A stretch of 64,000 nt of DNA from Terriglobia bacterium (GTDB taxonomy: Bacteria > Acidobacteriota > Terriglobia > 20CM-2-55-15). Shown here piece after piece: positions 21,743 through 32,193 of this stretch. The stretch lies in contig CAXWPJ010000009.1 of the NCBI GenBank assembly GCA_963664115.2, positions 832,001 to 896,000 on the forward strand, given 5' to 3'. Position numbers and translations under genes: made by a program. The stretch's first letter is position 1. Every line of letters begins with the position of its first letter. The notes under the pieces were generated by a model. That model was not told the origin of the DNA and made no database searches. It was given only the letters and a program-made list of their open reading frames with translations.

Positions 21743-22591
21743 TCATTGTTTTTCAGCGACGATGTAAACGATGAAGGCAGTATCGGCTTCGCCGTGTTCG
21801 GCAGGGGTATATTCGCCGTTGCCTTCCCCGCTCTCCTCCTCGGTTCCCTCCCAGTACACGGTGACGCGTTTGAAGCCCGCCTCCAGCAATATTTCCCGGA
21901 TTTCGGGAAGACTCCACAGACGCCAGTCGTAGGTAAAGGCCCTCTTTATGCGGGAGCCATCTGGGAAAGTGAAGTCGATGTGACACAGGAAATCACCGCT
22001 GATGGGATCGTAGCGTTCCTGATCCCACACGTAATTAAACGTGTCGTGAACCGTTTTTTCGGTCATCTCCTGGTGGGCATCGGAACCACCATAGGCGTCA
22101 AGCATGAATAGGCCATCCGGACCCAGGCCTTTATGGACGGTCCTGAAGTACCGGCGCAGGAGCTTTCGGTCCTTGAAAATCCAGTAGCTGAAGTTCATCG
22201 CAAGTACGACGTCGACGGGCGCGCAATCGACTTTCAGAACGTTGGCTTTCAGGAGCTCGATACGTTTGCTTGCAGGTCCGAGCCCCGCAATGTGGTGTTC
22301 GCGACCCCATTGCTGGACCTCAGCGTCCAGATCGACGCCGATGGCATGATTGCTACGGCGTCGGCGCACCCATTCGCAAGCCGAGTTGCCCGTGCCGCAG
22401 AAGTCTTCGCGTAACCACTTCGCCTGCCGGCCCCGCAATTCAATAAACGTTTCGTCCACGAAGTCGATTTCAGCTTCCGCACACTGCACGGCCTCTTCAT
22501 AGAGCACGTGAGGGTCGGCGCGCTCGGCCATGGTGGGCCCGGATTTCTTAGCCTTCCGATCAGAACCGGAAGCCGACGCTTTGGGAGACAT
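21743..22591 (-). CDS. Class I SAM-dependent methyltransferase
   Basis: LREDFCGTG motif I variant, GVDLD, NFSYW. Confidence 0.8.
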   Translation of the reverse strand: MSPKASASGSDRKAKKSGPTMAERADPHVLYEEAVQCAEAEIDFVDETFIELRGRQAKWLREDFCGTGNSACEWVRRRRSNHAIGVDLDAEVQQWGREHHIAGLGPASKRIELLKANVLKVDCAPVDVVLAMNFSYWIFKDRKLLRRYFRTVHKGLGPDGLFMLDAYGGSDAHQEMTEKTVHDTFNYVWDQERYDPISGDFLCHIDFTFPDGSRIKRAFTYDWRLWSLPEIREILLEAGFKRVTVYWEGTEEESGEGNGEYTPAEHGEADTAFIVYIVAEKQ

Positions 22592-22666
22592 TCAATAATT
22601 CCTCATGAAAATTAAATGGTGGTGCGTGTCGCCATTTCCTGGGCGACCCGTGCCTGACAGCAGAGG

Positions 22667-22948
22667 CTACATGACGCGGTCGTGCCCCCAGGTCCAGCGG
22701 GCCGATATGTCGAACTCCTTGATCGCGTCCGGATGGGCATGGAGAGTTTGCTTGTTGAAGACCACTCCCAACTCCCGAAGCAGCAGTTCCAGGACCTCGG
22801 AGCCATAGCTCAGACGCGGAAACTCGACCCCGTCCTTGTTGATGTCGAGTACGCGGGTATGGGCTGGGGAAATGACCACACGGCGGAGTGAGCGCAGTTT
22901 CTCGGTCTCGCGGCGAAAGAACTGAGTGAGTTCGGACGCGTCTTCAAT
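22667..22948 (-). CDS. Hypothetical protein (start uncertain)
   Basis: Open frame co-oriented between two genes. No motif recognised. Confidence 0.45.
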   Translation of the reverse strand: MEDASELTQFFRRETEKLRSLRRVVISPAHTRVLDINKDGVEFPRLSYGSEVLELLLRELGVVFNKQTLHAHPDAIKEFDISARWTWGHDRVM

Positions 22949-22989
22949 GGAGCCGGTGTAAGCGATCACAGTATCGAAGGGAATTGAAC

Positions 22990-24123
22990 TCAGTAGGTGT
23001 CGCGAAGCCACCGTACGATTTCATCAATCGTGTTCGGTGCGGCCAGCGAGCGAAGGGTTCCGCCTTGGGCTGAACTGACGGTAATGCGTGATGCGCCGGT
23101 GATGAACTCCCGAACCGCTTGCCCGGTCTCCCGGTCGGGGACGATCAGGTGAGCCATCCTCGGGCTGAACTCGCGTGCAGTTCCAGCCATCGCCAAAGCC
23201 TCATCGAGAACAGGATTGATCGCAACCGCAGATCCAACTTCAGGAAAACGGCCCGCAGCAACCAACGCAAGATTGGCTCCAATGTCCGATCCAATGACGG
23301 CAATCCGGTTCGAGTCCAGGCGGGGCTGGGATTTCAGCCAATCCAGGGCCGGCTCCATGTCCAGAGGAAACTGCCGGGAATCGGTCCGCCATATCTCCGC
23401 CGCGCTTATCTCTTCCTGATTTCGCAGGCGGCTTTGCCCATGCCCCCGGAGATCCAGCGTCATCACCGCCCAGCCTTCCAGCAACAGTCTCTCTTTCAAA
23501 TCGTTCCAGACTGACCGCGTCTCGCCATAGCCGTGAAGCAGCAGTGCCGCGGGTATGGGCGCCGGAATTCCCTCGGGGCTCTCAAAAGAACCCCACAACT
23601 GGACGAGATCAAAGGTTTCAAGCGTTAGCGCTCCCGGTTCGTCCGCTTCAGTGATGGCGGCCGGTATGATCGTCACGTCCAGTTCGAACGACAGCACGTT
23701 GTCGGGCCGGTCCAAGAATTTGCTTACGACTCGCCTTTCCGATTCCTTACCTTCGAACTCCGCATAAACCTCATAGTCAACACCGGGAGGCAGACCATTC
23801 ACCGCGTACACGCCACTATCGTCGGTGAAATGTGTCCGGGTCACACCCGTGTCCACATTGAGAATAGAAACGCGGGCGCCAGGAATCGCTTGTCCACGTA
23901 AGTCGGAAACCACACCTGTAATGTTCTTGGGGCGGGGCGGGATGGGACGTTGCGCCGATTCAGCAATCCCAACGACCGCAAACAAGAGAACCAGCACACC
24001 CAGGATGCGCCGGGGGCTTCGGCCCCGATCCAGTGGAACAATTGGATCCAGAGGAAAAACCGGTGGAAATACCGGTGGAAATAATGGATGGATGGTATCG
24101 CGCATTACAGTCATCCCAATCAT
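22990..24123 (-). CDS. Exported carboxypeptidase-regulatory-like domain plus alpha/beta hydrolase
   Basis: Signal-like stretch, ITGVVSD..G..IPGA.V, LLHGYG, DLRGHGQS. GSDIG replaces the usual GxSxG. True start is probably downstream. Confidence 0.75.
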   Translation of the reverse strand: MIGMTVMRDTIHPLFPPVFPPVFPLDPIVPLDRGRSPRRILGVLVLLFAVVGIAESAQRPIPPRPKNITGVVSDLRGQAIPGARVSILNVDTGVTRTHFTDDSGVYAVNGLPPGVDYEVYAEFEGKESERRVVSKFLDRPDNVLSFELDVTIIPAAITEADEPGALTLETFDLVQLWGSFESPEGIPAPIPAALLLHGYGETRSVWNDLKERLLLEGWAVMTLDLRGHGQSRLRNQEEISAAEIWRTDSRQFPLDMEPALDWLKSQPRLDSNRIAVIGSDIGANLALVAAGRFPEVGSAVAINPVLDEALAMAGTAREFSPRMAHLIVPDRETGQAVREFITGASRITVSSAQGGTLRSLAAPNTIDEIVRWLRDTY

Positions 24124-24174
24124 CGATCCCCTTGCCGCGCCGTTTCGAGCCTCAGTGGTTTCTGCCTGGGGTTG

Positions 24175-24729
24175 TTAGTTTTGGAGCAGTCGTTGGATGA
24201 CCGCTTCGGTCTCTTCGTATCGCCCGATGCCGGTATGGCTCAGCTGAATGACGCCTTCCTGATCCACAACGTAGTGTGTCGGCCATGCGTTACATACGTA
24301 GTCCAACCAGGTCAGGTACTCGTGGTCGATGGTCACTGGGTATTCGATTCCCTTTGCAACAACCGCACGGCGAACATCGTCAACGTTTTTCTCAAACTCG
24401 CCCCGTGGCGTATGCACGCCGATGATCACCAGCCCCTGATCCGCATACTTCGCGTGCAGGTCCTTAATATGTGGCAGCGTCTTTGCGCACTCGGGACAAT
24501 CCCAGGCCCAGAAGTCGATCAAAACGACTTTCCCCCTCAGTGCCTCCAGGGTCATGGGCTCTGAGTTGATCCACTCACTGGTCTTCAAGGCCGGTGCCAT
24601 CTGGCCGACGAAGGCGTCGTCGGGGTGTTGCGCCCCAGCGTTAACCGTAAACAGCAACATGATGGCCACGAAGCTCAAGCCTGGCAATTTTCCCAGCATC
24701 GATTTCTCCATTGCTTGAGTGATAAACAC
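24175..24729 (-). CDS. Redoxin / thioredoxin-like protein (DipZ-like C-terminal domain)
   Basis: VVLIDFWAWDCPEC, GVHTP, NAWPT. Confidence 0.85.
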   Translation of the reverse strand: MFITQAMEKSMLGKLPGLSFVAIMLLFTVNAGAQHPDDAFVGQMAPALKTSEWINSEPMTLEALRGKVVLIDFWAWDCPECAKTLPHIKDLHAKYADQGLVIIGVHTPRGEFEKNVDDVRRAVVAKGIEYPVTIDHEYLTWLDYVCNAWPTHYVVDQEGVIQLSHTGIGRYEETEAVIQRLLQN

Positions 24730-24879
24730 CGCTCCATTTTGTCACAGTCTAAATTGGGAAGCTACTATCGCGGTGTCATCGTGATCTGTTGGTTTGGAAG
24801 TTTCGCTGGGGGGAGAGGGAGGATTCCGCTCGGCCCAGTCATGTGCTTATTCGGATACGTCAGTTCAACCTTAAGCACT

Positions 24880-25049
24880 GACGCCTCGGCTGCTGCCTCG
24901 TTGTCCACCCGCAGCGAGGAACGCTACGGGTTTTATTAAAGAACTACATCAACATTTCTTGTTCCCCAATACGCCTCTCCATCAGGATGATGGAGAGGGT
25001 CGCCGGTCGTTCAGACAGGATGTCTGAAAGAACGACCGAGCGCAATCTT
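24880..25049 (+). repeat. ~170-bp structured repeat, copy 2
   Basis: Matches 19946-20116. Preceded at ~24807 by TGGGGGAGAGGGAGGATTC, which resembles the reverse complement of a tRNA-Ser 3' end. Confidence 0.85.
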
Positions 25050-25107
25050 CGTGCCGGCCAGCAACTGAACTTCAATCGAGACACCCTTAGTCATCCAGCC
25101 ATCGACC

Positions 25108-25629
25108 TCACCTACTCCGTACCCCCACGAGCGTCGCTATTGCCCGATCCGCATCGATTGATTCCTCGTAGTGCAGCACTTCCAGATTTTGGAACATGCG
25201 CCGGAGTTCGTCGGTTTCGAGCAGAAAGTCCCGACGAGGTCGCGTTTGACCGAGGACGTCGTGATGGGCTGTCGTAAAGGTTCGAAAGTAGAGAATACCT
25301 CCCGGTCGCAGTGCCTCCGCATACTGCTCCGCCAGCGGTCGGCAGAGAAAGTAGGTGTTTACGATGGCGTCGACCGACGCCGGCAACAACGACATGTTCT
25401 CTACGTCGGATTGGACGACCTTAACCGGCAATCCTTCTCTCTCGACGGATTCGCGAAGCGCGGTGAGTGCGTCGACCGATCGGTCCATTGCGACGACGCG
25501 GCATCCACTGCGACCGAAGAAAAGGCTATGACGGCCGGAACCACAGGCGAGGTCCAGAACCTCCGGTGTCGTCGCTTGGCTCACTAACCGGTCTGCGAAA
25601 CGAAGTATGAAATCTTCAGGTGGCTTCAT
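25108..25629 (-). CDS. SAM-dependent methyltransferase (TehB-like)
   Basis: VLDLACGSGRH, LRPGG, FLLE.DEL. Start MKPPEDF. Confidence 0.8.
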   Translation of the reverse strand: MKPPEDFILRFADRLVSQATTPEVLDLACGSGRHSLFFGRSGCRVVAMDRSVDALTALRESVEREGLPVKVVQSDVENMSLLPASVDAIVNTYFLCRPLAEQYAEALRPGGILYFRTFTTAHHDVLGQTRPRRDFLLETDELRRMFQNLEVLHYEESIDADRAIATLVGVRSR

Positions 25630-25664
25630 GCGTCTTTGGAAACACGAGTGCTTGACATCAGGCG

Positions 25665-26804
25665 ATGGTCGATACCGAAACCACAGACGCAGACCTTCGC
25701 CGGAGAAAGGCCTTCCTGCAAATCCGATTGGCGGCTGGCCTGGGTCTCCGGTCGATACACCGGCTGGTCGACGAGATTCGAAATCCACAAGATATTCTAT
25801 CTCTCACGACTCGAGAACTCACTGCGAAGGCCGTCCCGGGGAAGGTTGCGCGGGATTTGCTTTCGTCCGAAGCGCGGGAACGGGCTGACGAGGAGTGGGA
25901 GCGTGCCTGTTCTCTCGGCATTCGGATTATCGACATCCGGGATCCCTCCTACCCGGCATTATTACTTGAGACATATGACCCGCCCGTCGTCCTTTATGTG
26001 CGTAGCAATGACAGTAAAGGTTGGGATCCCCGGCGGCCTCACGTAGCGGTGGTTGGAGCCAGACGGGCCAGCGCCTACGGCATCAACTGCGCAGAGCACA
26101 TCGCGCGCAACCTGGCCGGGCTGGGGATCGTCATCGTATCGGGCCTGGCTCGGGGCATCGACGCCGCAGCACATCGCGGGGCCCTCTCGGACGGGGATAC
26201 CGTAGCCGTGTGTGGCACGGGGCTGGATAGAGTTTACCCATCCGAAAATCGCAAGCTTAGCGAGTCCATTCTCGCCAATGGCGCTCTATTGTCGGAATTT
26301 CCGCTGGGAACGCCCCCACTGCCGGCTAACTTTCCCATGCGCAATCGGATACTGGCCGGCATGACGCTCGCGACGATCGTCGTCGAGGCCGGGGAGCGCT
26401 CCGGTTCGCTGATCACCGCCCGGCTCGCTCTGGAAGCGAATCGCGAGGTGTTTGCGGTGCCCGGTCCGATTTTCTCTCCGCGTAGCTTCGGCCCGCATTC
26501 CCTGATCCGGCAGGGCGCGTGCCTGGTCGCGGATTGGAAAGATGTGATCGAAGAATTGGGCGAGAAGGTTCTTGGGGCACTCGACCTGTCTGAAGGTGCT
26601 TCGTGTCCCGATGAGACCGAATTGTCCGATCCACAGCGTACGGTCCGAGATGCCCTTTCGGCCTCGGAGGAGACCGCGATCGACACCTTGCTTTCGAAGC
26701 TCGACCTCCCTCGAAGCGAAATTTATTCGGCGCTGCTTGACCTGGAACTGTCGGGTCGTATCAGGCAACTTCCAGGGGACCGATACATCCTCAGGCTATC
26801 GTAA
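25665..26804 (+). CDS. dprA: DNA-processing protein DprA
   Basis: AVVGAR, VSGLARGIDAAAH, FPMRNRI, SGSLITA. Upstream of topA. Confidence 0.95.
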   Translation: MVDTETTDADLRRRKAFLQIRLAAGLGLRSIHRLVDEIRNPQDILSLTTRELTAKAVPGKVARDLLSSEARERADEEWERACSLGIRIIDIRDPSYPALLLETYDPPVVLYVRSNDSKGWDPRRPHVAVVGARRASAYGINCAEHIARNLAGLGIVIVSGLARGIDAAAHRGALSDGDTVAVCGTGLDRVYPSENRKLSESILANGALLSEFPLGTPPLPANFPMRNRILAGMTLATIVVEAGERSGSLITARLALEANREVFAVPGPIFSPRSFGPHSLIRQGACLVADWKDVIEELGEKVLGALDLSEGASCPDETELSDPQRTVRDALSASEETAIDTLLSKLDLPRSEIYSALLDLELSGRIRQLPGDRYILRLS

Positions 26805-27030
26805 GGAACAACCGCCTCGGCCTCCGTTGCATGAGGACTGGAAGCAGGACACTGAGGTCAGCCTCAATATATGATCGCGTCTCCACGGATAAGTTTTTCG
26901 GCCTTCTAGTTGCAGCATAAATAAAGTGTTTAGCAAGAAGACGCAAAAGACATGGTTGATTTTTTGCTCGGCAGGACTTAATAACTTACATGTCTCGCCG
27001 GTCTCACCGGTCCGGGATTAGGTTCGCAAT

Positions 27031-29511
27031 ATGGCAACAACAACAACCAAGCCGAAGAAGACGGCAAAAAAGACGGCCAAGAAGTCCGCCAATAAGACGA
27101 CGGGAAACAAGTCTCTCGTCATCGTCGAGTCTCCGGCCAAAGCCAATACGATTAAGAAGTATCTGGGCAGCACTTACGTCGTTAAGGCGTCTGTCGGTCA
27201 CGTCAAAGACCTGCCCAAGAGCAAACTCGGTATCGACGTCGAGAATGGCTTCAGGCCTTCCTACGAAGTGATCCCGGGTAAAGAAAAGGTGGTTAAGGAA
27301 CTGAGGGCTGCGGCAAAAAACGTCAGCAAGATCTACCTCGCCGCTGACCACGATCGCGAGGGAGAGGCCATCTGCCAGCATCTCAAAGAACTTCTTGAGA
27401 GCAAGGATAGACAGATCTTTCGCGTTCTGTTCAACGAGATCACGCCCAAAGCTATACGCAGCGCGATGGAGCAACCCACCGAGATTGATTCAAACGTAGT
27501 CAATGCCCAGCAGGCGCGGCGCATTCTCGACCGATTGGTCGGATACCAGGTGAGCCCGCTGCTGTGGGACAAAGTACGCCGCGGAATCTCAGCCGGTCGC
27601 GTTCAGACGGTGACCCTGCGCCTGATTGTCGAAAGAGAACGTGAGATTCGGGATTTCAAGTCGGAAGAATACTGGACGATCGCGGCTCAACTGGAAGGGC
27701 ACGATCCCCCGAAGTTCGAAGCCCGGCTGGTCAAGTACGAAGGGAAGAACATCAAGATCCCCAACGAGGCCGCCTCCGACCACATCGTCACGACGGTTCG
27801 CCAAGCCGGCTTCCGCGTACAATCCGTCGTCAAGAAGGAGAAGAAGCGGCGACCGGTGCCCCCATTCACGACGAGCAAGCTGCAGCAGGATGCCGCAAGA
27901 CGTTTTCGATTCACGGTCAAGAAAACGATGATGCTGGCCCAGAGGCTCTACGAGGGAAAAGAAATCGACGGGCAAGACAGCGTCGGCCTGATCACTTACA
28001 TGCGGACCGACTCCACGCGAATTTCCGGCGAAGCAATGGATGCAGTGCGTCCTTACATTTCGAGCAGTTTCGGGGAGAGTTACCTCCCGGAAAAGCCCAT
28101 CATGTACAAGAGCAAGAAGGACGCGCAGGACGCGCACGAGGCGATTCGCCCGACCTTCGTCGAACATGCACCGGACAAGATCAAGAAGGTACTCACTGAA
28201 GATGAGTACAAACTCTACTGGCTGATCTGGACCCGTTTTGTTGCCTCGCAGATGAACCCGGCAATCTACGACCAGACCACAATCGAAATCGAATCCAAGA
28301 GCTATCTCTTCCGGGCCAACGGGCGCATTCAGAAATTCGACGGGTTCCTGAAGGTGTATGAAGAATCTTCCGACGAGGACAAGAAAACGTCGCCTGAGGA
28401 TGAAAACGTCAGCTTGCCTCCGCTTTCTGAGGGGGAGTCCCTCCGGCTGATTGAACTCGATCCGGTACAGCATTTCACGGAACCACCGCCGCGTTTTACC
28501 GAAGCGGGACTGGTGAAGACTTTGGAAGAAAAGGGCATCGGGCGCCCATCGACTTACGCCGCAATACTGACGACAATCCAGGATCGGGAGTACGCATTGA
28601 AGAAAAAGGCCAAGTTCCGACCCACGGAACTGGGCACAGTCGTCACGGATCAGCTGGTCAAGCATTTCGCGGATATCTTCGACGTCGAATATACGGCCCG
28701 CATGGAAGAGGAACTCGACGCGGTCGAGGACGGCACCTCGACCTGGGTCGAGACCCTGGATGGCTTCTACACGAAGTTCGCGAAGGATCTGACCCAAGCC
28801 ACGGTCAATATGGAGAACATCAAGCGGCAGGAGTTCCCGACTGACGAAGTCTGCGAAAAATGCGGCAAACCCATGGTCATCAAGTGGGGTCAGTTCGGTA
28901 GTTTCATGGCGTGTACCGGGTATCCGGAGTGTTCGAACACGAAAGAAATCAAGGTGGATGACGACGAAGAGGACGGCGAGAAGACGGAAGAAGAAGAGAT
29001 TGAACCCTGCGAAAACTGCGGCAAGCCCATGGCCCTCAAGCGTGGGCGATTCGGACAGTTTCTCGCCTGCACGGGATATCCGGACTGCAAGACCACACGA
29101 AAGATCGGCCCCGGCGAAAACAAACCCAAAGTTCCTGACGTTCCGACCGACGAAGTGTGTCCCGAGTGCAAATCCAACCTGGTGATCAAGGAAGGACGTT
29201 TTGGCCAATTTACGGCGTGCTCCAGCTATCCAAAGTGCAAGTACATCAAGCCCAATCTGATTGGCGTCAAATGTCCGAACGAGGGTTGCGGCGGTGAACT
29301 GAGCGAACGCAAAACGAAGCGAGGCAAAACCTTCTACGGCTGCGTTAACTACCCGAAGTGCGACTTTGTATTGTGGCAACGCCCGATCAGTGAGTCCTGC
29401 CCCAAGTGCAGTGCGCCTTTCATTCTTGAAAAGTCCACCAAGAAGGACGGCACCTTCCGCTACTGCAACGACGAATCCTGCGACTATAAAGAACCTGTCG
29501 AAGCCGCATAA
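27031..29511 (+). CDS. topA: DNA topoisomerase I
   Basis: IVESPAKA, DHDREGEAI, SAGRVQ, ITYMRTDS, C-terminal C4 zinc ribbons. Confidence 0.97.
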   Translation: MATTTTKPKKTAKKTAKKSANKTTGNKSLVIVESPAKANTIKKYLGSTYVVKASVGHVKDLPKSKLGIDVENGFRPSYEVIPGKEKVVKELRAAAKNVSKIYLAADHDREGEAICQHLKELLESKDRQIFRVLFNEITPKAIRSAMEQPTEIDSNVVNAQQARRILDRLVGYQVSPLLWDKVRRGISAGRVQTVTLRLIVEREREIRDFKSEEYWTIAAQLEGHDPPKFEARLVKYEGKNIKIPNEAASDHIVTTVRQAGFRVQSVVKKEKKRRPVPPFTTSKLQQDAARRFRFTVKKTMMLAQRLYEGKEIDGQDSVGLITYMRTDSTRISGEAMDAVRPYISSSFGESYLPEKPIMYKSKKDAQDAHEAIRPTFVEHAPDKIKKVLTEDEYKLYWLIWTRFVASQMNPAIYDQTTIEIESKSYLFRANGRIQKFDGFLKVYEESSDEDKKTSPEDENVSLPPLSEGESLRLIELDPVQHFTEPPPRFTEAGLVKTLEEKGIGRPSTYAAILTTIQDREYALKKKAKFRPTELGTVVTDQLVKHFADIFDVEYTARMEEELDAVEDGTSTWVETLDGFYTKFAKDLTQATVNMENIKRQEFPTDEVCEKCGKPMVIKWGQFGSFMACTGYPECSNTKEIKVDDDEEDGEKTEEEEIEPCENCGKPMALKRGRFGQFLACTGYPDCKTTRKIGPGENKPKVPDVPTDEVCPECKSNLVIKEGRFGQFTACSSYPKCKYIKPNLIGVKCPNEGCGGELSERKTKRGKTFYGCVNYPKCDFVLWQRPISESCPKCSAPFILEKSTKKDGTFRYCNDESCDYKEPVEAA

Positions 29512-29709
29512 CTTGATTGGCCGCGCGGGCGATCCATCCGCTCGTACTGCGTTGTGCTCACTCGGCCATCCTCGACGTATTGGAAATACGCCTGCGGTGG
29601 CCTCCCGTCGCACGCCTTGTCTCAGCGGCGTCTCGACCGCGCTACATGTGAGAGAAATTGTTGTCTCCGAGGCAGCTTTTACAGAAGAACTACAGAGGGA
29701 CGCAAAGTT

Positions 29710-29801
29710 GTTTTTCAACACGAAGACACGAAGGTTCCGAAGAATACAGATGATATAGATCTTGCTTCGTTAACCTTCGTGGGCTTCGTGTTGAAACTCT
29801 T
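29710..29801. repeat. REP-like palindromic element (ACACGAAG family)
   Basis: TTCAACACGAAGACACGAAG ... CTTCGTGGGCTTCGTGTTGAA. Confidence 0.8.
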
Positions 29802-29831
29802 CTCTTCCTCTTTGGGCGATATAATTCAGAC

Positions 29832-31154
29832 GTGACTACGAACGATAAACCAGAGGTTACGGTTATTGGAGGGGGGCTTTCGGGGTCTGAGGCGGCGTGG
29901 CAGATTGCGCGGGGCGGGGGGCATGCGCATCTTTATGAGATGCGGCCTGTTGAGACGACGCCGGCGCATAAGACGGAGGGGCTCGCGGAGGTTGTCTGTA
30001 GCAACTCTTTCAAATCAGACCAGCCATACAACGCATCCTGGTTGCTGAAACAGGAACTGCGCCACTGCGGCTCTCTGCTCCTCCAGATCGCCGACCAGGA
30101 ACGCGTGCCGGCTGGCGGGGCCTTGGCTGTGGATCGGGCGCGGTTCTCCGAATCGGTAACCGAGGCTGTCGCCTCCAATGCCAACATCACGCTACACCGC
30201 GAAGAAGTGAAGGAAATTCCGGACACGGGTACCGTGATCGTCGCCAGCGGACCGCTGACATCTCCGTCGCTGTCGGAATCGATACGGGCCTTCTGCGGTA
30301 GCGAACATCTTTATTTCTACGATGCGATATCACCGATCGTCGATGCGACTTCGATCGATAGCACGAAAGTCTTCGCCCGGTCCCGGTATGACCGTGGGGA
30401 CGGAGACTATTTGAACTGCCCTATGGACAGAGCCGAATACATCCGTTTCTATGAGGCCCTCACCCAGGCTGAGGCCGTGGAACTTCATGCTTTCGAGGAA
30501 ACCCGTTTTTTTGAGGCCTGTCTTCCAATAGAAGAAATGGCGCGGCGTGGGCTCGACACCTTGCGCTTTGGCCCGATGAAACCGGTTGGCCTGGAAGATC
30601 CAAAGACGGGTCGCATACCCTACGCAGTGGTCCAACTCCGCCAGGAAGACCTGATGCACACCAGCTACAACATCGTCGGTTTTCAGAACCACCTGAAGTT
30701 TCCAGATCAACAACGGATCCTCAGATTGATTCCCGGCCTCGAGAATGCCCACTTTCTTCGCTTGGGGCAGATTCATCGGAATACCTACATTAATGCGCCG
30801 GATATTCTCAATGCCACGATGAGTGCGAAACAGGATGCGCGTGTGTTCTTCGCGGGACAGCTCGCGGGAACAGAGGGTTATATCGAAAATATTGCAACCG
30901 GGCTTGTGGCAGGCATCAACGCTTTACGCCTCGGACGTGGGGAAACTGCCTGGGTTCCTCCTGTAGAGACGGCCATAGGGTCTCTTTGCCGATACGTATC
31001 GACGCCCCAAAAGCACTTCGCGCCGATGAACATCAACTTCGGCCTGATTCCACCCGTCTCCGCCATGGGCCTTAAGAGACCCGGCAAGAAAGACAGACAA
31101 CGTCTAATTGCGGAACGGGCGATGGAAAGGCTGCGTGAATGTCAGCTCGCGTAA
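29832..31154 (+). CDS. trmFO: Folate/FAD-dependent tRNA m5U54 methyltransferase
   Basis: IGGGLSGSEAA, EVVCSNS, FGPMKPVGL, HRNTYI. Canonical topA-trmFO-xerC order. Confidence 0.95.
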   Translation: MTTNDKPEVTVIGGGLSGSEAAWQIARGGGHAHLYEMRPVETTPAHKTEGLAEVVCSNSFKSDQPYNASWLLKQELRHCGSLLLQIADQERVPAGGALAVDRARFSESVTEAVASNANITLHREEVKEIPDTGTVIVASGPLTSPSLSESIRAFCGSEHLYFYDAISPIVDATSIDSTKVFARSRYDRGDGDYLNCPMDRAEYIRFYEALTQAEAVELHAFEETRFFEACLPIEEMARRGLDTLRFGPMKPVGLEDPKTGRIPYAVVQLRQEDLMHTSYNIVGFQNHLKFPDQQRILRLIPGLENAHFLRLGQIHRNTYINAPDILNATMSAKQDARVFFAGQLAGTEGYIENIATGLVAGINALRLGRGETAWVPPVETAIGSLCRYVSTPQKHFAPMNINFGLIPPVSAMGLKRPGKKDRQRLIAERAMERLRECQLA

Positions 31155-31290
31155 ACGTCGGTGGTTTCGGTGTTCGACCGTGGATTTCTGTTCGGACGGT
31201 GGGTGATGGAAAGCGTGGCTCGGTGACGAGATGTCCCGCTCAAGACTATCGCAGGGGGGCCAGGACCCTCGGCAACGAAAGCTAATTAAA

Positions 31291-32193
31291 GTGATCGACC
31301 GCGAAACAAAAGAGTTCCTCGAATCTCTCAAACAGCGGGCAGCGTCTCCACATACGGTATCCAACTATCAACGGGATCTTCGCCGATTCGCCGGATTCAT
31401 CGAATCGCGCAAGACTCCTCTGGAAGCCGTCGACCATATTTTGATCCGTGACTTCCTAAATTCGCTCTACCTGGATGGGCTGGCCAAGAGTTCGGTTTCG
31501 CGAATCCTGTCATCGGTCCGGTCTTTCTTCAAGTTCATGGTTCGCCGGGGACAACTCCCGCGCAATCCGGGAGAGTTGGTCTCCTCTCCCAAGATTCCGC
31601 GCAAACTTCCTTCGAAGCTCTCGGAACTCGAGGCCCAGAATCTGATGGAACTCAGAGGGGAACCCACGCTCGGGAACCTGAGGGACCATGCCATCCTGGA
31701 GTTGCTCTATGCCAGTGGCTTGAGGGTGAGCGAGTTGGTCGGACTCAACGAAGCGGATGTGGACATGTCCGAGCGCGTTGTGCGGGTGCTGGGGAAAGGC
31801 CAGAAGGAAAGAATCGTCCCCTTTGGCCAGTTTGCAGCTCAGGCGCTCGAAGCCTACGGTATCGAACGGGCGCTCAAGGGAAAGACGCGACGGGACGATA
31901 ATGGCAACTTGCCTGTTTTCATCAATATAAGAGGGTCACGTCTGAGCTCGCGTTCCGTGGAACGCCTGCTGGAACACTACCGCAGTGACCTGCCGCCGGG
32001 GCGGCAGGTCACACCGCATACCCTGCGCCATAGCTTCGCAACGCATCTGCTCGAAAACGGAGCCGACCTCAGGAGCATTCAGGAACTTCTCGGGCACTCG
32101 AGCCTTGCGACAACGCAGAAGTACACTCACGTCAGCCTGGAGCACCTGCGGGACGAATACCGGAAAACCCACCCCAGAGCCAAAAAAAAGTAA
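31291..32193 (+). CDS. xerC: Tyrosine recombinase XerC
   Basis: ELLYASGLRVSEL, GKGQKER, TPHTLRHSFATH, LGH...TTQKY. Context dprA-topA-trmFO. Confidence 0.9.
   Translation: MIDRETKEFLESLKQRAASPHTVSNYQRDLRRFAGFIESRKTPLEAVDHILIRDFLNSLYLDGLAKSSVSRILSSVRSFFKFMVRRGQLPRNPGELVSSPKIPRKLPSKLSELEAQNLMELRGEPTLGNLRDHAILELLYASGLRVSELVGLNEADVDMSERVVRVLGKGQKERIVPFGQFAAQALEAYGIERALKGKTRRDDNGNLPVFINIRGSRLSSRSVERLLEHYRSDLPPGRQVTPHTLRHSFATHLLENGADLRSIQELLGHSSLATTQKYTHVSLEHLRDEYRKTHPRAKKK

Noticed and set aside
27589-29721. 710-aa antisense ORF (and similar ORFs opposite purM, purL, lpxD)
   Set aside because: Shadow frames of GC-rich genes with no recognisable motifs.
31291-32193. xerC as the island integrase
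   Set aside because: It sits in the conserved dprA-topA-trmFO-xerC housekeeping context, 10 kb from the array.
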